NCBI GenBank assembly: GCA_964016885.1
Contig: CAXHJY010001386.1
Location: 1-64,000 of the forward strand
Source of the DNA: Eledone cirrhosa
Taxonomy: Eukaryota
Length of the DNA: 64,000 nucleotides
Direction of reading: 5' to 3'
In this document: one piece after another, positions 1 through 13,325 of the stretch
How positions within the stretch are numbered: the stretch's first letter is position 1
How the letters are laid out: every line of letters begins with the position of its first letter
Program-made: the position numbers and the translations under genes
The notes under the pieces: model-generated
Told to the model about the DNA's origin: nothing
Database searches by the model: none
What the model saw: only the letters and a program-made list of their open reading frames with translations

Positions 1-418
1 ATATATATACATATAAGTATATGTATATATATATGTATATATATATATATATATATGTATATGTATATGTATATGTATATATGTATATATATATAATGTA
101 TATATATATATGTATATATATATATGTATATATATATATGTATATATATATATGTATATATATATATGTATATATATATATGTAAATATATATATGTATA
201 TATATATATGTATATATATATATGTATATATATATATGTATATATATATGTATATATATATATGTATATATAATATGTATATATATATATGTATATATAT
301 ATATGTATATATGTATATATATATATGTATATATATATATGTATATATATATATGTATATATATATATAATATGTATATATATAATATGTATATATATGT
401 ATATGTATATGTATATAT

Positions 419-450
<32 letters not shown>

Positions 451-471
451 GTATATATATGTATATATTTG

Positions 472-528
<57 letters not shown>

Positions 529-558
529 GTATATATTTGTATATATATATATATATGT

Positions 559-608
<50 letters not shown>

Positions 609-697
609 GTATATGTATGTATATATGTATATGTATATATATGTATATATTTATATATATATGTATATATATGTATATATATATATGTATATATATG

Positions 698-728
<31 letters not shown>

Positions 729-1444
729 GTATGTATATATTTTATATATGTATATATATGTATGTATATATTTTATATATGTATATATATATGTATGTAT
801 ATATTTTATATATGTATATATTTTATATATGTATATATTTTATATATGTATATATATATATGTATATATATATATGTATATATATATGTATATATATATG
901 TATATATATATGTATATATATATGTATATATATATGTATATATATATATGTATATATATATATGTATATATATATATGTATATATATATATGTATATATA
1001 TATATATGTATATATATATGTATATATATATATGTATATATATATATGTATATATATATATGTATATATGTATATATATATATGTATATATATGTATATA
1101 TATATATGTATATATATGTATATATATATATGTATATATATGTATATATATATATGTATATATATATATGTATATATATATATGTATATATATATATGTA
1201 TATATATATATGTATATATATATATGTATATATATATATGTATATATATATATGTATATATATATATGTATATATATATATGTATATATATATATGTATA
1301 TATATATATGTATATATATATATGTATATATATATATGTATATATATATATGTATATATATATATGTATATATATATATGTATATATATATATGTATATA
1401 TATATATGTATATATATATATGTATATATATATATGTATATATA
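1..1444. repeat. (TA)n-derived microsatellite, dominant unit TATATATATATG
   Basis: Low-complexity sequence seen directly; the Y/I/M/C ORFs over it are artefacts. Confidence 0.97.
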
Positions 1445-3758
1445 TACTCTTTTACTCTTTTACCTGTTTCAGCCATCCGGCTGAGGCCATGCTGGGACAC
1501 CGCCCTTGTTGCTACACATTTTATCTCCAGCCTGTATAGGTTGGCCACTGGTGTAGGAGGGAGTTTGTTGCTGCTGCCCTTAGGTTTCCCTCGTGTCTTG
1601 CTGTGGGCTCATCCGGTATCCTGGATAACAAGGTGTCGAGATGTTTCTTGAAGACATCCACCTCCACGTCATGCAAATCTCTCAGATCCCTCGGCAGCCT
1701 GCTGAAGAGTTGAGGGCCCTTGAATCCCAGGCTATTGCAATACCTGCTCCTTATTCTAGATGTGGAAGACGGGACCTTTGGCACCACACAGTGACGTCCT
1801 GTTCGACGGTTGGTCCAGCTCCCAATGCCAAAGTTTGGTGCTAGTCCCTCCAGGATTTTCCACATGTAGATCACTGCGTATCTCTCCTGTCTTCGCTCCA
1901 AGGAGTAGAGGTTCAGTTCCTTTAGCCTCTCCCAGTAGCTTGTCTCCCTCATCTTGGCAATCCTCTTGGTGTAGCTTCGCTGGATTGCCTCAAGCTCCGT
2001 GGTTAGTTTGACACTATGGGGTGACCACAGCTGGGAGCAGTAGTCCAGGCGGCTTAGGACAAAAGTCCTCCACAGTGTCAACATGGTGTCTCGATCTCTT
2101 GTAAGGAAAGTCCTCAAGATCCAGCCAGCGAATCGTCTACATGTTGTCGCCACCTTAATGATGTGTGAAGAAAAAGATGCATCATCGCTCATGTCTATGC
2201 CCAGGTCTCGTATCGATTTTGACACGGGGATATCGGTCCCTCCTGGTCCTGTGTAGCTGTGTTCCGCTATATTTGTTTGTGTGTTTGCAGGTTTGTATTG
2301 TAGGGCTTGGAATTTGCCAGCATTAAACTGCATGTTGTTTTCTTCCGCCCATCTGTATATGGAATCCAGATCCTGCTGTAAGAGGGCAGCGTCAGCCGGG
2401 TTTTTGATTGCCTGTGCTACCTTAGTGTCATCAGCATAGCTAGTGAGGGATGTTGTTGCATGCACCACAGAGGGCATGTCCGAGAGAGCCACCAAAAACA
2501 GTAGTGGTCCCAGGACTGTCCCCTGGGGCACCCCACTTGTTATCGGTGTTTCCGTCGAGAGGGCCCCATTTGCTGCGACTGCCTGGCTTCTGTCCCTTAG
2601 GAAGCCATGCAGCCACTCACCTACTTTTCCAGTTATGCCGAGTCCGTGTAGTTTGTGACATATCATTCTGTGGTCGACCTTGTCAAAGGCCTTCGCAAAG
2701 TCAAGATATATCACGTCTACATGTGAGCTGTCTAGTAGTTGTCTCAGTACCCAGTCGTAGTGATGTAGCAGCTGTGTAAGGCAGCTTCTTCCTGAGCGGA
2801 AGCCATGTTGCTTGCTAGTCAGGCGGTCATTTTCTTCGAGGAAAGTGATTAGTTTCTTTCTGACGACTCGCTCCATGACCTTACTGATATGCGACGTCAG
2901 GGAGACTGGCCTATAGTTCTTGGTCTCCGCTCTACTACCTCCTTTATGGATAGGGCATATTGTGCTTTCTTTCAGCTCCCTGGGTAGTACACCGCTGGCC
3001 AAGGAGCTTCTGAAGAGCATCTTCAGTGGAGTTGCTAAGGCCCGCTTACATATTTTTAGGAGAACTGCTGGGAATCCATCAGGTCCAGCAGCCGAGTCTG
3101 TTCTAATTTCATCAATGGCGTACACCACATCCTCCTCCGTTATGTCTATGTGGTTGATGGTTGCCATTTCTTGATGTAGTGTTGTGGCATCAAAGAACTC
3201 CTCTGGCTTCGTTATTTGCATGTGCCTCAGTGGACATGTGAAGACACTTTTGTACTGTTCGTTCAGTATTTCACATATCTCTTGGGGATTTTCGGTTAAT
3301 GAACCGTCCGTGTGGAAGAGTGGCCCAATCTTGCAGTGTACTGAGGCAGTTTCTTTTGCAAATTTAAAGAAGGCCTTAGGGTTTGTTTTAATGTTTTCTA
3401 TGGCCCTGTTCTCTTTCTTTGCCCTCTCATTCTCATGTGAAAGTTTGAGTGCAATCTCGGTGTCAAGTAGTGCACGTTTCAAATAGGATTCCTTCTTGTT
3501 TTGGTTTTGTTGACTATTCAACTGGTTTGAGAGTTTAGTTCTACGTCTCATAAGGATTTTCCTATCTCTGGGAATAAGATTTTTGTGTCTGTTTGCCTCT
3601 TTCTCCGGGACACACTTTTTGCATATGGTGTGTATCGTTGTCATGAAGTGTTGAAATTGTGTGTTAGTGTCTTGTGTGGCGATGTTTTCACTCCATGTTT
3701 GCTTCTGGATTTCACTCTTAATCTTTTTCCAGTTAGCCTTGTAGAAGTTAAGGTTGGA
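1445..3758 (-). mobile_element. 5'-truncated CR1-group (CR1/L2/Crack/Daphne-like) LINE; RT reading frame open 1521..~3758
   Basis: Minus ORF has NYRPVSLTS, QHGFRSGRSC, YLDFAKAFDKVDH, SGVPQGTVLGPLLF, SYADDTK, LYSLERR and PDEP; 3' end has a stem-loop (CAGCCGGATGGCTG) and a (GTAAAAGA)n tail at 1445-1465. Confidence 0.9.
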
Positions 3759-3770
3759 TATACATGTATA

Positions 3771-3818
<48 letters not shown>

Positions 3819-3834
3819 TATACATGTATATCGA

Positions 3835-6685
3835 TGCATTTTCCTGGCTGAGAAATGGATCAATAAGACAATAGAGGTAGTTCGAGTTAGTAATCGAATA
3901 ATTAAGCTTAGATTAGTTGTAGGTAGGAGACTACTGACAATCATCTCGGTCTATGCTCCCCAAGCAGGCCTAGGCAAAGATGAGAAAGACTGCTTTTATG
4001 AGCAACTTTTGCAAACAACCACAATGACAGAGGACGGAGACATCGTTATGCTAGCAGGAGACTTCAATGGTCATGTTGGACAGCTCCAGGATGGTTACAC
4101 TGGGGTACATGGTGGGCACGGTTACGGTTCAAGAAATGAAGAAGTAGTGAGACTTCTTGAATTTTGTGATGCAAGTACATTGACTATTTGCAACACAAAC
4201 TTCCAGAAACCTGCCAATCACCTAATAACCTACAAATCTGGTGAGCACATAAGCCAGATTGACTTCCTGCTAGTTAGGCAGCGGGACAGGCAAATAGTGT
4301 CTAATACCAAGGCATACCCTGGGGAAGAATGTACCCCACAGCATAGGTTAGTTGTTAGTGATATCTCAGTAAGCAAGAGATGGAATGAGACATATAGGAA
4401 GGTGTGGAGAAGAAAGGTCTGGAAGCTAAAAGACCTTTCACTAAAATTCAAATTTAGGAAAGCCCTTCAAGATGTATATGACGAAAAAGAAGACGATTTA
4501 GAGACGTATGACATAGATAATAACTGGAAGTTCTTACGTGACAACTTGCTGAAGGCTACTGATGAAACCTGTGGCTGGAGCAGAGCTCCAACCAGACAGA
4601 GAGTGACCTGGTGGTGGAACAGCACAGTAGATAAGGCTATTAGAGACAAAAGACTAGCATGGAAGGCTTGGAAAAAGGGTGGGAGTAGGGAAGAATATAC
4701 AGCCACTAAGAGAGAAGCTAGACGTCAGGTGTACTTAGCACGCAGGGAGGCAGAGAGTAGGAGGTTTGCCAATGTTCTGCGATGGGAAGATCAGAGGCGT
4801 GCGGTGTTCCACATTGCAAGGCAGTGTGTCAATGCAAATCAGGATCTTGGTGATAAATGTGTCCGGGATGATGCCGGTGTACTTAGTGTCACGAATGACC
4901 AGAAAAAGGAGGCCTGGAAATGTCATTATGAGAGACTGATGAATGTGGAGAACGAATGGGAGAGAGAGAAATTACCCTTGGTAGATCCGACAGAGGGACC
5001 AGCTATTGAGATTGACGAATATAGGGTCCAAGAGGCGATTAGGGAAATGAAAAATGGTAAGGCGGCCGGACCATCGGGAATAGTTGCTGAGATGCTGAAG
5101 GCATCAGGGGACATAGGCACTAAACTGGTTGCACACATCATCAATCAGGCTATATATGGTGGTGTCGTACCCAAAGACTGGTGCAGCAGTATTCTCATAA
5201 ATTGCTACAAAGGTAAAGGGGATGCTCTGGAGAGGAGCAATTATAGGGGTATAAAACTGATGGATCAGGTTATGAAAGTGGCAGAGAGAATATTAGCACA
5301 ACTAATTAGAGAAAGGGTCAAACTAGATGAGATGCAGTTTGGTTTTGTGCCTGGGAAGAGTACAACAGATGCCCTCTTCTTGGTGAGACAAATGCAAGAG
5401 AGGTTTTTAGAGAAGAATAAGCCACTATACTTAGCCTTTGTTGACCTAGAGAAGGCCTTTGATAGGGTACCCCGATCTGTCATCTGGTGGTCCCTAAGGA
5501 AGCTGGGTGTTGAGGAATGGCTTGTGAGGACAGTGCAAACTTTGTACAGAGGTACTCTCAGTAAAGTCAGGGTAAGAATGGAGTTTAGTGAGGAATTCCA
5601 GATACAAGTAGGAGTACATCAGGGTTCGGTCCTCAGCCCGCTCTTGTTCATTATAGTCCTCCAAGCCATAACAGAGGAGTTTAAGACTTCTCTATGCTGA
5701 CGATCTGGCTCTTATGGCAGAATCAGTAGAGGAGCTAGAGAATAAATTCCGGCTATGGAAACAGCAGTTGGAAGCAAGAGGACTGAGAGTAAATCTAGCT
5801 AAGACAAAAGTGTTGATGAGTAGAAAAGAGGACAAAACCCTGATTCCGTCAGGGAAATGGCCATGTTCGATATGCAGAAAAGGAACTGGCATAAATTCTA
5901 TAAAATGCACACAATGTAGGTCCTGGGTACACAAGAGATGTAGCGGGGTAGCAGGCAAACTAACAGGTAGAGAGAAATATGTATGCAGTAGATGTACAGG
6001 GAAATTAGACAGTAGAAGTCGCACTGATAGACACATTTTTCAAATGCGAGAGGGCGCTATAGAAGTGGTGGATAGCTTCCGGTACCTAGGAGATCAGATT
6101 AGCATGGGAGGAGGGTGTTCCGAGGCCATAGTATCTAGAATAAGGACGGGTTGGAAGAAGTTTAGGGAGCTGCTTCCTCTGTTGACGAAGAAGGGTTTCT
6201 CCCTGCGTACGAAAGGCCGGTTGTATGATGCCTGTGTGAGGAGCGCGATGCTGCATGGTAGTGAGACATGGGCAGCAACCGCAGAAGATATGCGACGGCT
6301 GGAGAGAAATGAGGCAAGCATGCTCTGTTGGATGTGCAGTGTAAATGTGCGTGAACGACCCAGCATAAATATGTTGAGAGAGAAACTGTGTCTGAGAGGG
6401 ATAGAATGTAGTGTACGGGAGAGGAGACTGAGGTGGTATGGACATGTGATGCGCATGGAGGATGACCGATGGGTGAAGAAGTGCCAGGAAATGCCAGTTG
6501 AAGGAAGACGTGGTAGAGGTAGACCACGAAAAACATGGGCGGAGGTGGTGAGAACAGACCTCAGATCATTGAAGCTCACGGTGGAGATGACGAGGGACCG
6601 TGACGAGTGGAGAGATGCTGTGCTGAATAAGACCCGTCCCACCCTTGCAAGCAGGGAAAAGCGGACGTAAAATGATGATGATGAT
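3835..6685 (+). mobile_element. RTE-clade LINE family A, 5'-truncated, frameshifted near 5690
   Basis: APE endonuclease motifs (VYAPQ, GDFNGHVG, QIDFLL), RT motifs (NYRGIKL, FVDLEKAFDRV, GVHQGSVLSP, YADD), [18 protein letters not shown]; a small deletion removes GCPWEL; (TGA)n tail. Confidence 0.93.
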
Positions 6686-6780
6686 ATGTATATAGATATG
6701 TATATATACATGTATATATATGTATATATATATATGTATGTATATATATGTATATATATATATATGTATGTATATATATG

Positions 6781-6815
<35 letters not shown>

Positions 6816-6816
6816 G

Positions 6817-6891
<75 letters not shown>

Positions 6892-6892
6892 A

Positions 6893-6935
<43 letters not shown>

Positions 6936-6942
6936 ATATATG

Positions 6943-6977
<35 letters not shown>

Positions 6978-7006
6978 GTATATATATATATGTATATATA
7001 TATATG

Positions 7007-7058
7007 TCATCATCATCATCATCATCACCGTTTTACGTCCGTTCTTCCACGCTAGCAT
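7007..7058 (-). mobile_element. ~50-bp 3' tail of RTE family B
   Basis: Reverse complement of ATGCTAGCGTGGAAGAACGGACGTAAAACGG(TGA)n, matching 17001-17056. Confidence 0.85.
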
Positions 7059-7067
7059 ATATATATG

Positions 7068-7102
<35 letters not shown>

Positions 7103-7145
7103 GTATATATACATGTATATATATGTATATGTATATATATATGTA

Positions 7146-7176
<31 letters not shown>

Positions 7177-7357
7177 ATATATATGTATATATACATGTAT
7201 GTATATGTATATATACATGTATATATATGTATATATATATATGTATATATATATATGTATATATATATATGTATATATATATATGTATATATACATGTAT
7301 ATATATGTATATGTATATATACATGTATATATATGTATATGTATATATACATGTATA

Positions 7358-7406
<49 letters not shown>

Positions 7407-8495
7407 GTATATATACATGTATATATATGTATATGTATATATACATGTATATATATGTATATATATATATGTATATATACATGTATATATATGTATATGT
7501 ATATATACATGTATATATATGTATATGTATATATACATGTATATATATGTATATGTATATATGTATATGTATATATACATGTATATATATGTATATGTAT
7601 ATATATATATGTATATATACATGTATATATATGTATATATACATGTATATATATGTATATATACATGTATATATATGTATATGTATATATACATGTATGT
7701 ATATGTATATATACATGTATATATATGTATTTGTATATATACATGTATGTATATGTATATATACATGTATGTATATGTATATATACATGTATATATATGT
7801 ATTTGTATATATACATGTATGTATATGTATATATACATGTATGTATATGTATATATATATATATGTATATATATATGTATATATATGTATATATATATAC
7901 ATGTATATATATGTATATGTATATATATGTATATGTATATATATGTATATGTATATATATGTATATATATATGTATGTATATGTATATATATGTATATAT
8001 ATATGTATATATATGTATATATCTATATATATGTATATGTATATATATATATGTATATATACATGTATATATATGTATATATACATGTATGTATATGTAT
8101 ATATACATGTATGTATATGTATATATACATGTATGTATATGTATATATACATGTATGTATATGTATATATACATGTATGTATATGTATATATACATGTAT
8201 GTATATGTATATATACATGTATGTATATGTATATATACATGTATGTATATGTATATATACATGTATGTATATGTATATATACATGTATGTATATGTATAT
8301 ATATATGTATGTATATGTATATATACATGTATATATATGTATATGTATGTATATGTATGTATATGTATATATATATGTATGTATATGTATATATACATGT
8401 ATATATATGTATATGTATGTATATGTATATATACATGTATATATATATGTATGTATATGTATATATATGTATATATATGTATATGTATATATATG

Positions 8496-8756
8496 TGAGA
8501 TCGTGTAGGTGTCACGACAAAAAAACACACAGTCCACGCTGTAATGTGGCCGTGTAGGCAACACGGTAAAAACCTCCCAGACCCACACTGTAAATGTGGT
8601 TGGTGTTAGGAAGGGCATCCAACTGTAGAAAACCTGCCAGACAGTCCTATGCGAGCAAGACAATCACTCTTGCCTCAAGTGGGACTACCCCCGTCCAAAC
8701 CCATGCAAGCGTGGAACACGGACGTTAAACGTTAAACGTTGATGATGATGATGATG
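8496..8756 (+). mobile_element. 3' UTR fragment of RTE family C
   Basis: Nearly identical to 11630-11887; (GAT)n tail. Confidence 0.9.
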
Positions 8757-9530
8757 TATATATATATGTATATATATGTATATATATATGTATGTATATG
8801 TATATATACATGTATATATATGTGTATGTATATGTATATATACATGTATATATATGTATATATATATGTATATATATATGTATATATATGTATATATATA
8901 TGTATGTATATGTATATATACATGTATATATATGTATATATATATGTATATATATGTATATATATATGTATGTATATGTATATATACATGTATATATATG
9001 TATATATATATGTATGTATATGTATATATACATGTACATATATGTATATGTATATATACCTGTATATATATGTATATAAATATATACATGTATATATATG
9101 TATATGTATATATATATGTATATATATGTATATATGTATATATATGTATATGTATATATATATGTATATATATGTGTATATATGTATGTATATATATATG
9201 TATGTATATGTATATATATATGTATATATATGTGTATAAATGTATGTATATATGTATGTATATGTATATGTATGTATATGTATATGTATATGTATGTATA
9301 TGTATATATATATGTATATGTATATATATATGTATATGTATATGTATATGTATATATATATGTATATGTATATGTATATATATATGTATATATATATGTA
9401 TATATATGTGTATATATATGTATATATATGTATATATATATGTATATATATATGTATATATATGTATATATATATGTATACATGTATATATATGTATATA
9501 TATACATGTATGTATATGTATATATGTATA

Positions 9531-10144
9531 TAGTGTCAGGTCACTAGTTGGTGCTACTGGTAACATGTATTCCAGTACAATCTGTCCCATGGTCGGGTCG
9601 TTGGCGACTAAACTGGCAACCCCACCAAGGTTTCTTGGTGAGGAGGGTGACTTTGGACATCCTGCAGGACTAAAAACAAAACCTGTCAAAGGGCAAAGGA
9701 GCTCTTAAGAGTCAATGGCCATCCAAAATCACCAGGAGAGATGACCCCTTAGCCTTTGTCAAGGCAGAATTCTAGGAGAAGGAAAACTCTGATATAACAC
9801 CTGCAACTCTGATGGTATCCAATGATGTTGACTTGTTCTTCTTTTTGGTAAATATCATCTTGGTTAAGAGAGTGGGACTGGCTTTGTACAGTGCCTTTGC
9901 TCACTATAAAAGCTTCACGGCACAGGCATTGCTTTATATCTGGAGATGTCTCTGCACTTGTCGTCACATGGTACCATGGGCCCAGCACTGTGTGTCAATA
10001 ATTGTCACAAGTGTAGTGTTTGTACCAGAGTTTTCAAGTCGCTGGCTGGACTAAAAAGTCACACTCGTTCAGCGCATCGGTAGGGGTTCTCCTACATGGA
10101 TATAAAGTAGTGGCCGTACTCGAAAACGAGTTGGCAGCCACCAT
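9531..10144 (+). mobile_element. Short bipartite, internally deleted RTE-type non-autonomous element
   Basis: 3' part encodes [23 protein letters not shown] (C2H2 finger typical of some RTE C-termini), followed by the hairpin CTCGAAAACGAG; 5' part resembles an RTE 5' UTR (inferred); no EN or RT between them. Confidence 0.6.
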
Positions 10145-10652
10145 GTATATGTATATGTATATATACATGTATGTATACTTATATGTATATATACATGTAT
10201 GTATATGTATATGTATATATACATGTATATATATGTATATATGTATATGTATATATATATGTATGTATATGCATATGTATGTATGTATATGTATATATAA
10301 CTTTGAATAATGTATATGTATATATATGTATATATGTATGTATATACATATATGTATATATATGTATATACATATATGTATATATATGTATATACATATA
10401 TATACATATATATACATATATGTATATATATGTATATACATATATGTATATATATGTATATACATATATGTATATATATGTATATACATATATGTATATA
10501 TATCTATATATACATCTATATATATGTATATATATGTATATACATATATATACATATATATACATATATGTATATATATGTATATACATATATGTATATA
10601 TATGTATATACATATATGTATATATATGTATATACATATATGTATATATATC

Positions 10653-11887
10653 CAAAGTACTAGTTTGTAGGAAAGAAAACAAGGCGGCGGTCCCTTCTGG
10701 GAAATGGTCGTGCTCGGTGTGTAGGAAAGGCGTAGGTAGAAACTCCATTTTATGTCCTAAATGCAAAGTATGGGTGCATAAAAGATGTAGTGGGATCACA
10801 GGTAGGCTAACTAAGAACATAGATTTTACATGTGGCCGGTGCTCTGGTGCAATAAGTAGCAGCAAGTGCCCACAAACTACTAGCTCTTTCAATTGCGCAG
10901 AGGGTTCTATAGAAATAGTGGACAGCTTCCGTTACCTGGGCGATAAAATCAGCAGTGGGGGAGGGTGCTCTGAAAGTACTGTAGCTAGAGTCAGAACTGG
11001 TTGGAAAAAGTTCAGAGAGCTTATACCACTATTAGCTGCTAAAGGGTTCTCACTAAAAATGAAAGGCAGGTTGTACGATGCCTGCATACGAACAGCAATG
11101 CTGCATGGCAGTGAGACCTGGGCATTGTGTGCAGAGGATATACGCAGACTAGAGAGGAACGAAGCTTGCATGCTCCGCTGGATGTGTAACAGTAATATAC
11201 GTGAACGGCAAAGCATAAACGAACTAAGGAATAAATTAGAGATAAGAGGGATCAGATGTTGTTTACTCGAGAGAAGGCTACGTTGGTATGGACACGTGAT
11301 GCGCATGAAAGTCGATAGCTGTATAACAAAGTGCAGGGCAATAAAAATAGACGGTAGTCACGGAATAGGCAGACCTAGAAAAACCTGGGACGAGCTGATA
11401 AACTCCGACATCACACACTTACACCTCTCCAAGACAATGTCACTGGACCGAGACCTTTGGCGGTACTCAGTAACAGAGAAGACCCGCCTTACCTAAATAT
11501 ATAGTAAAACCTACTCCAGCCAGTAGGCATCTCTAACAAATACACCCCGTCCCACCACCCCCACCCGATCCACACCACCCCGTTCTATGTAAAGTTATGT
11601 TGGTGCCGCGCCATCGAGGCCGAAACAAATGAGATCGTGTAGGTGTCACGACAAAAAAACACACAGTCCACGCTGTAATGTGGCCGTGTAGGCAACACGG
11701 TAAAAACCTCCCAGACCCACACTGTAAATGTGGTTGGTGTTAGGAAGGGCATCCAACTGTAAAAAACCTGCCAGACAGTCCTATGCGAGCAAGACAATCA
11801 CTCTTGCCTCAAGTGGGACTACCCCCGTCCAAACCCATGCAAGCGTGGAACACGGACGTTAAACGTTGATGATGATGATGATGATGA
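10653..11887 (+). mobile_element. RTE family C, 5'-truncated (~1.23 kb)
   Basis: KVLVCRKE...PHD-like finger...VDSFRYLG...KTRLT*; 3' UTR with one module; (GAT)n tail. Confidence 0.93.
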
Positions 11888-13325
11888 TATATGTATATAT
11901 ATGTATATACATATATGTATATATATCTATATACATATATGTATATATATCTATATACATATGTATATATATCTATATACATATGTATATATATGTATAT
12001 ACATATATGTATATATATGTATATACATATATGTATATATATGTATATACATATATGTATATATATGTATATACATATATGTATATATATGTATATACAT
12101 ATATGTATATATATGTATATACATATATGTATATACATATATGTATATATATGTATATACATATATGTATATATATATATGTATATACATATATGTATAT
12201 ATATATATGTATATACATATATGTATATATATATGTATATATATATATGTATATACATAAATGTATATATATATATGTATATACATAAATGTATACATAA
12301 ATGTATATATATATATGTATATACATAAATGTATATATATATGTATATACATAAATGTATATATATATGTATATACATAAATGTATATATATATGTATAT
12401 ACATATATGTATATATATATGTATATACATATATGTATATATATATGTATATATATATGTATATATATATGTATATATATATGTATATACATATATGTAT
12501 ATATATATGTATATACATATATGTATATATATATGTATATACATATATGTATATATATATGTATATACATATATGTATATATATATGTATATACATATAT
12601 GTATATATATGTATATACATATATGTATATATATGTATATACATATATGTATATATATGTATATACATATATGTATATATATGTATATACATATATGTAT
12701 ATATATGTATATACATATATGTATATGTATATAGATATATGTATATGTATATACATATATGTATATGTATATACATATATGTATATGTATATACATATAT
12801 GTATATACATATATGTATATACATATATGTATATATATGTATATACATATATGTATATATATGTATATAGATATATGTATATATATGTATATAGATATAT
12901 GTATATATATGTATATAGATATATGTATATATATGTATATACATATATGTATATATATGTATATACATATATGTATATATATGTATATACATATATGTAT
13001 ATATATTTATATACATATATGTATATACATATATGTATATCCATATATATACATATATGTATATATATGTATATATATGTATATACATATATATATATAT
13101 ATATGTATATACATATATGTTGTATATACATATATGTATATATATGTATATACATATATGTACATATATATATGTATATGTATATATGTATATATGTATA
13201 TGTATATATGTATATATGTATATGTATATACATATATGTACATATATGTATATACATATATGTATATGTATATATATATATGTATATATATGTATATACA
13301 TATATGTATATATATGTATATATAT
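11888..13325. repeat. TA-derived microsatellite, unit TATACATATATG
   Basis: Seen directly; the same variant lies at 10310-10650. Confidence 0.95.

Larger units (their letters stand above)
6686..9530. repeat. TA-derived microsatellite with TACATG variant, carrying two short LINE tails
   Basis: Seen directly. Confidence 0.95.

Noticed and set aside
110-1651. Long Y/I/M/C/H-rich ORFs here and over all other TA tracts
   Set aside because: Translations of microsatellites that lack stop codons; they are open in several frames on both strands.
3754-3944. Overlapping divergent ORFs 1521-3944 (-) and 3754-5700 (+) suggesting a bidirectional unit
   Set aside because: Two unrelated 5'-truncated LINEs back to back; the ORFs simply read through a stop-free TA spacer.
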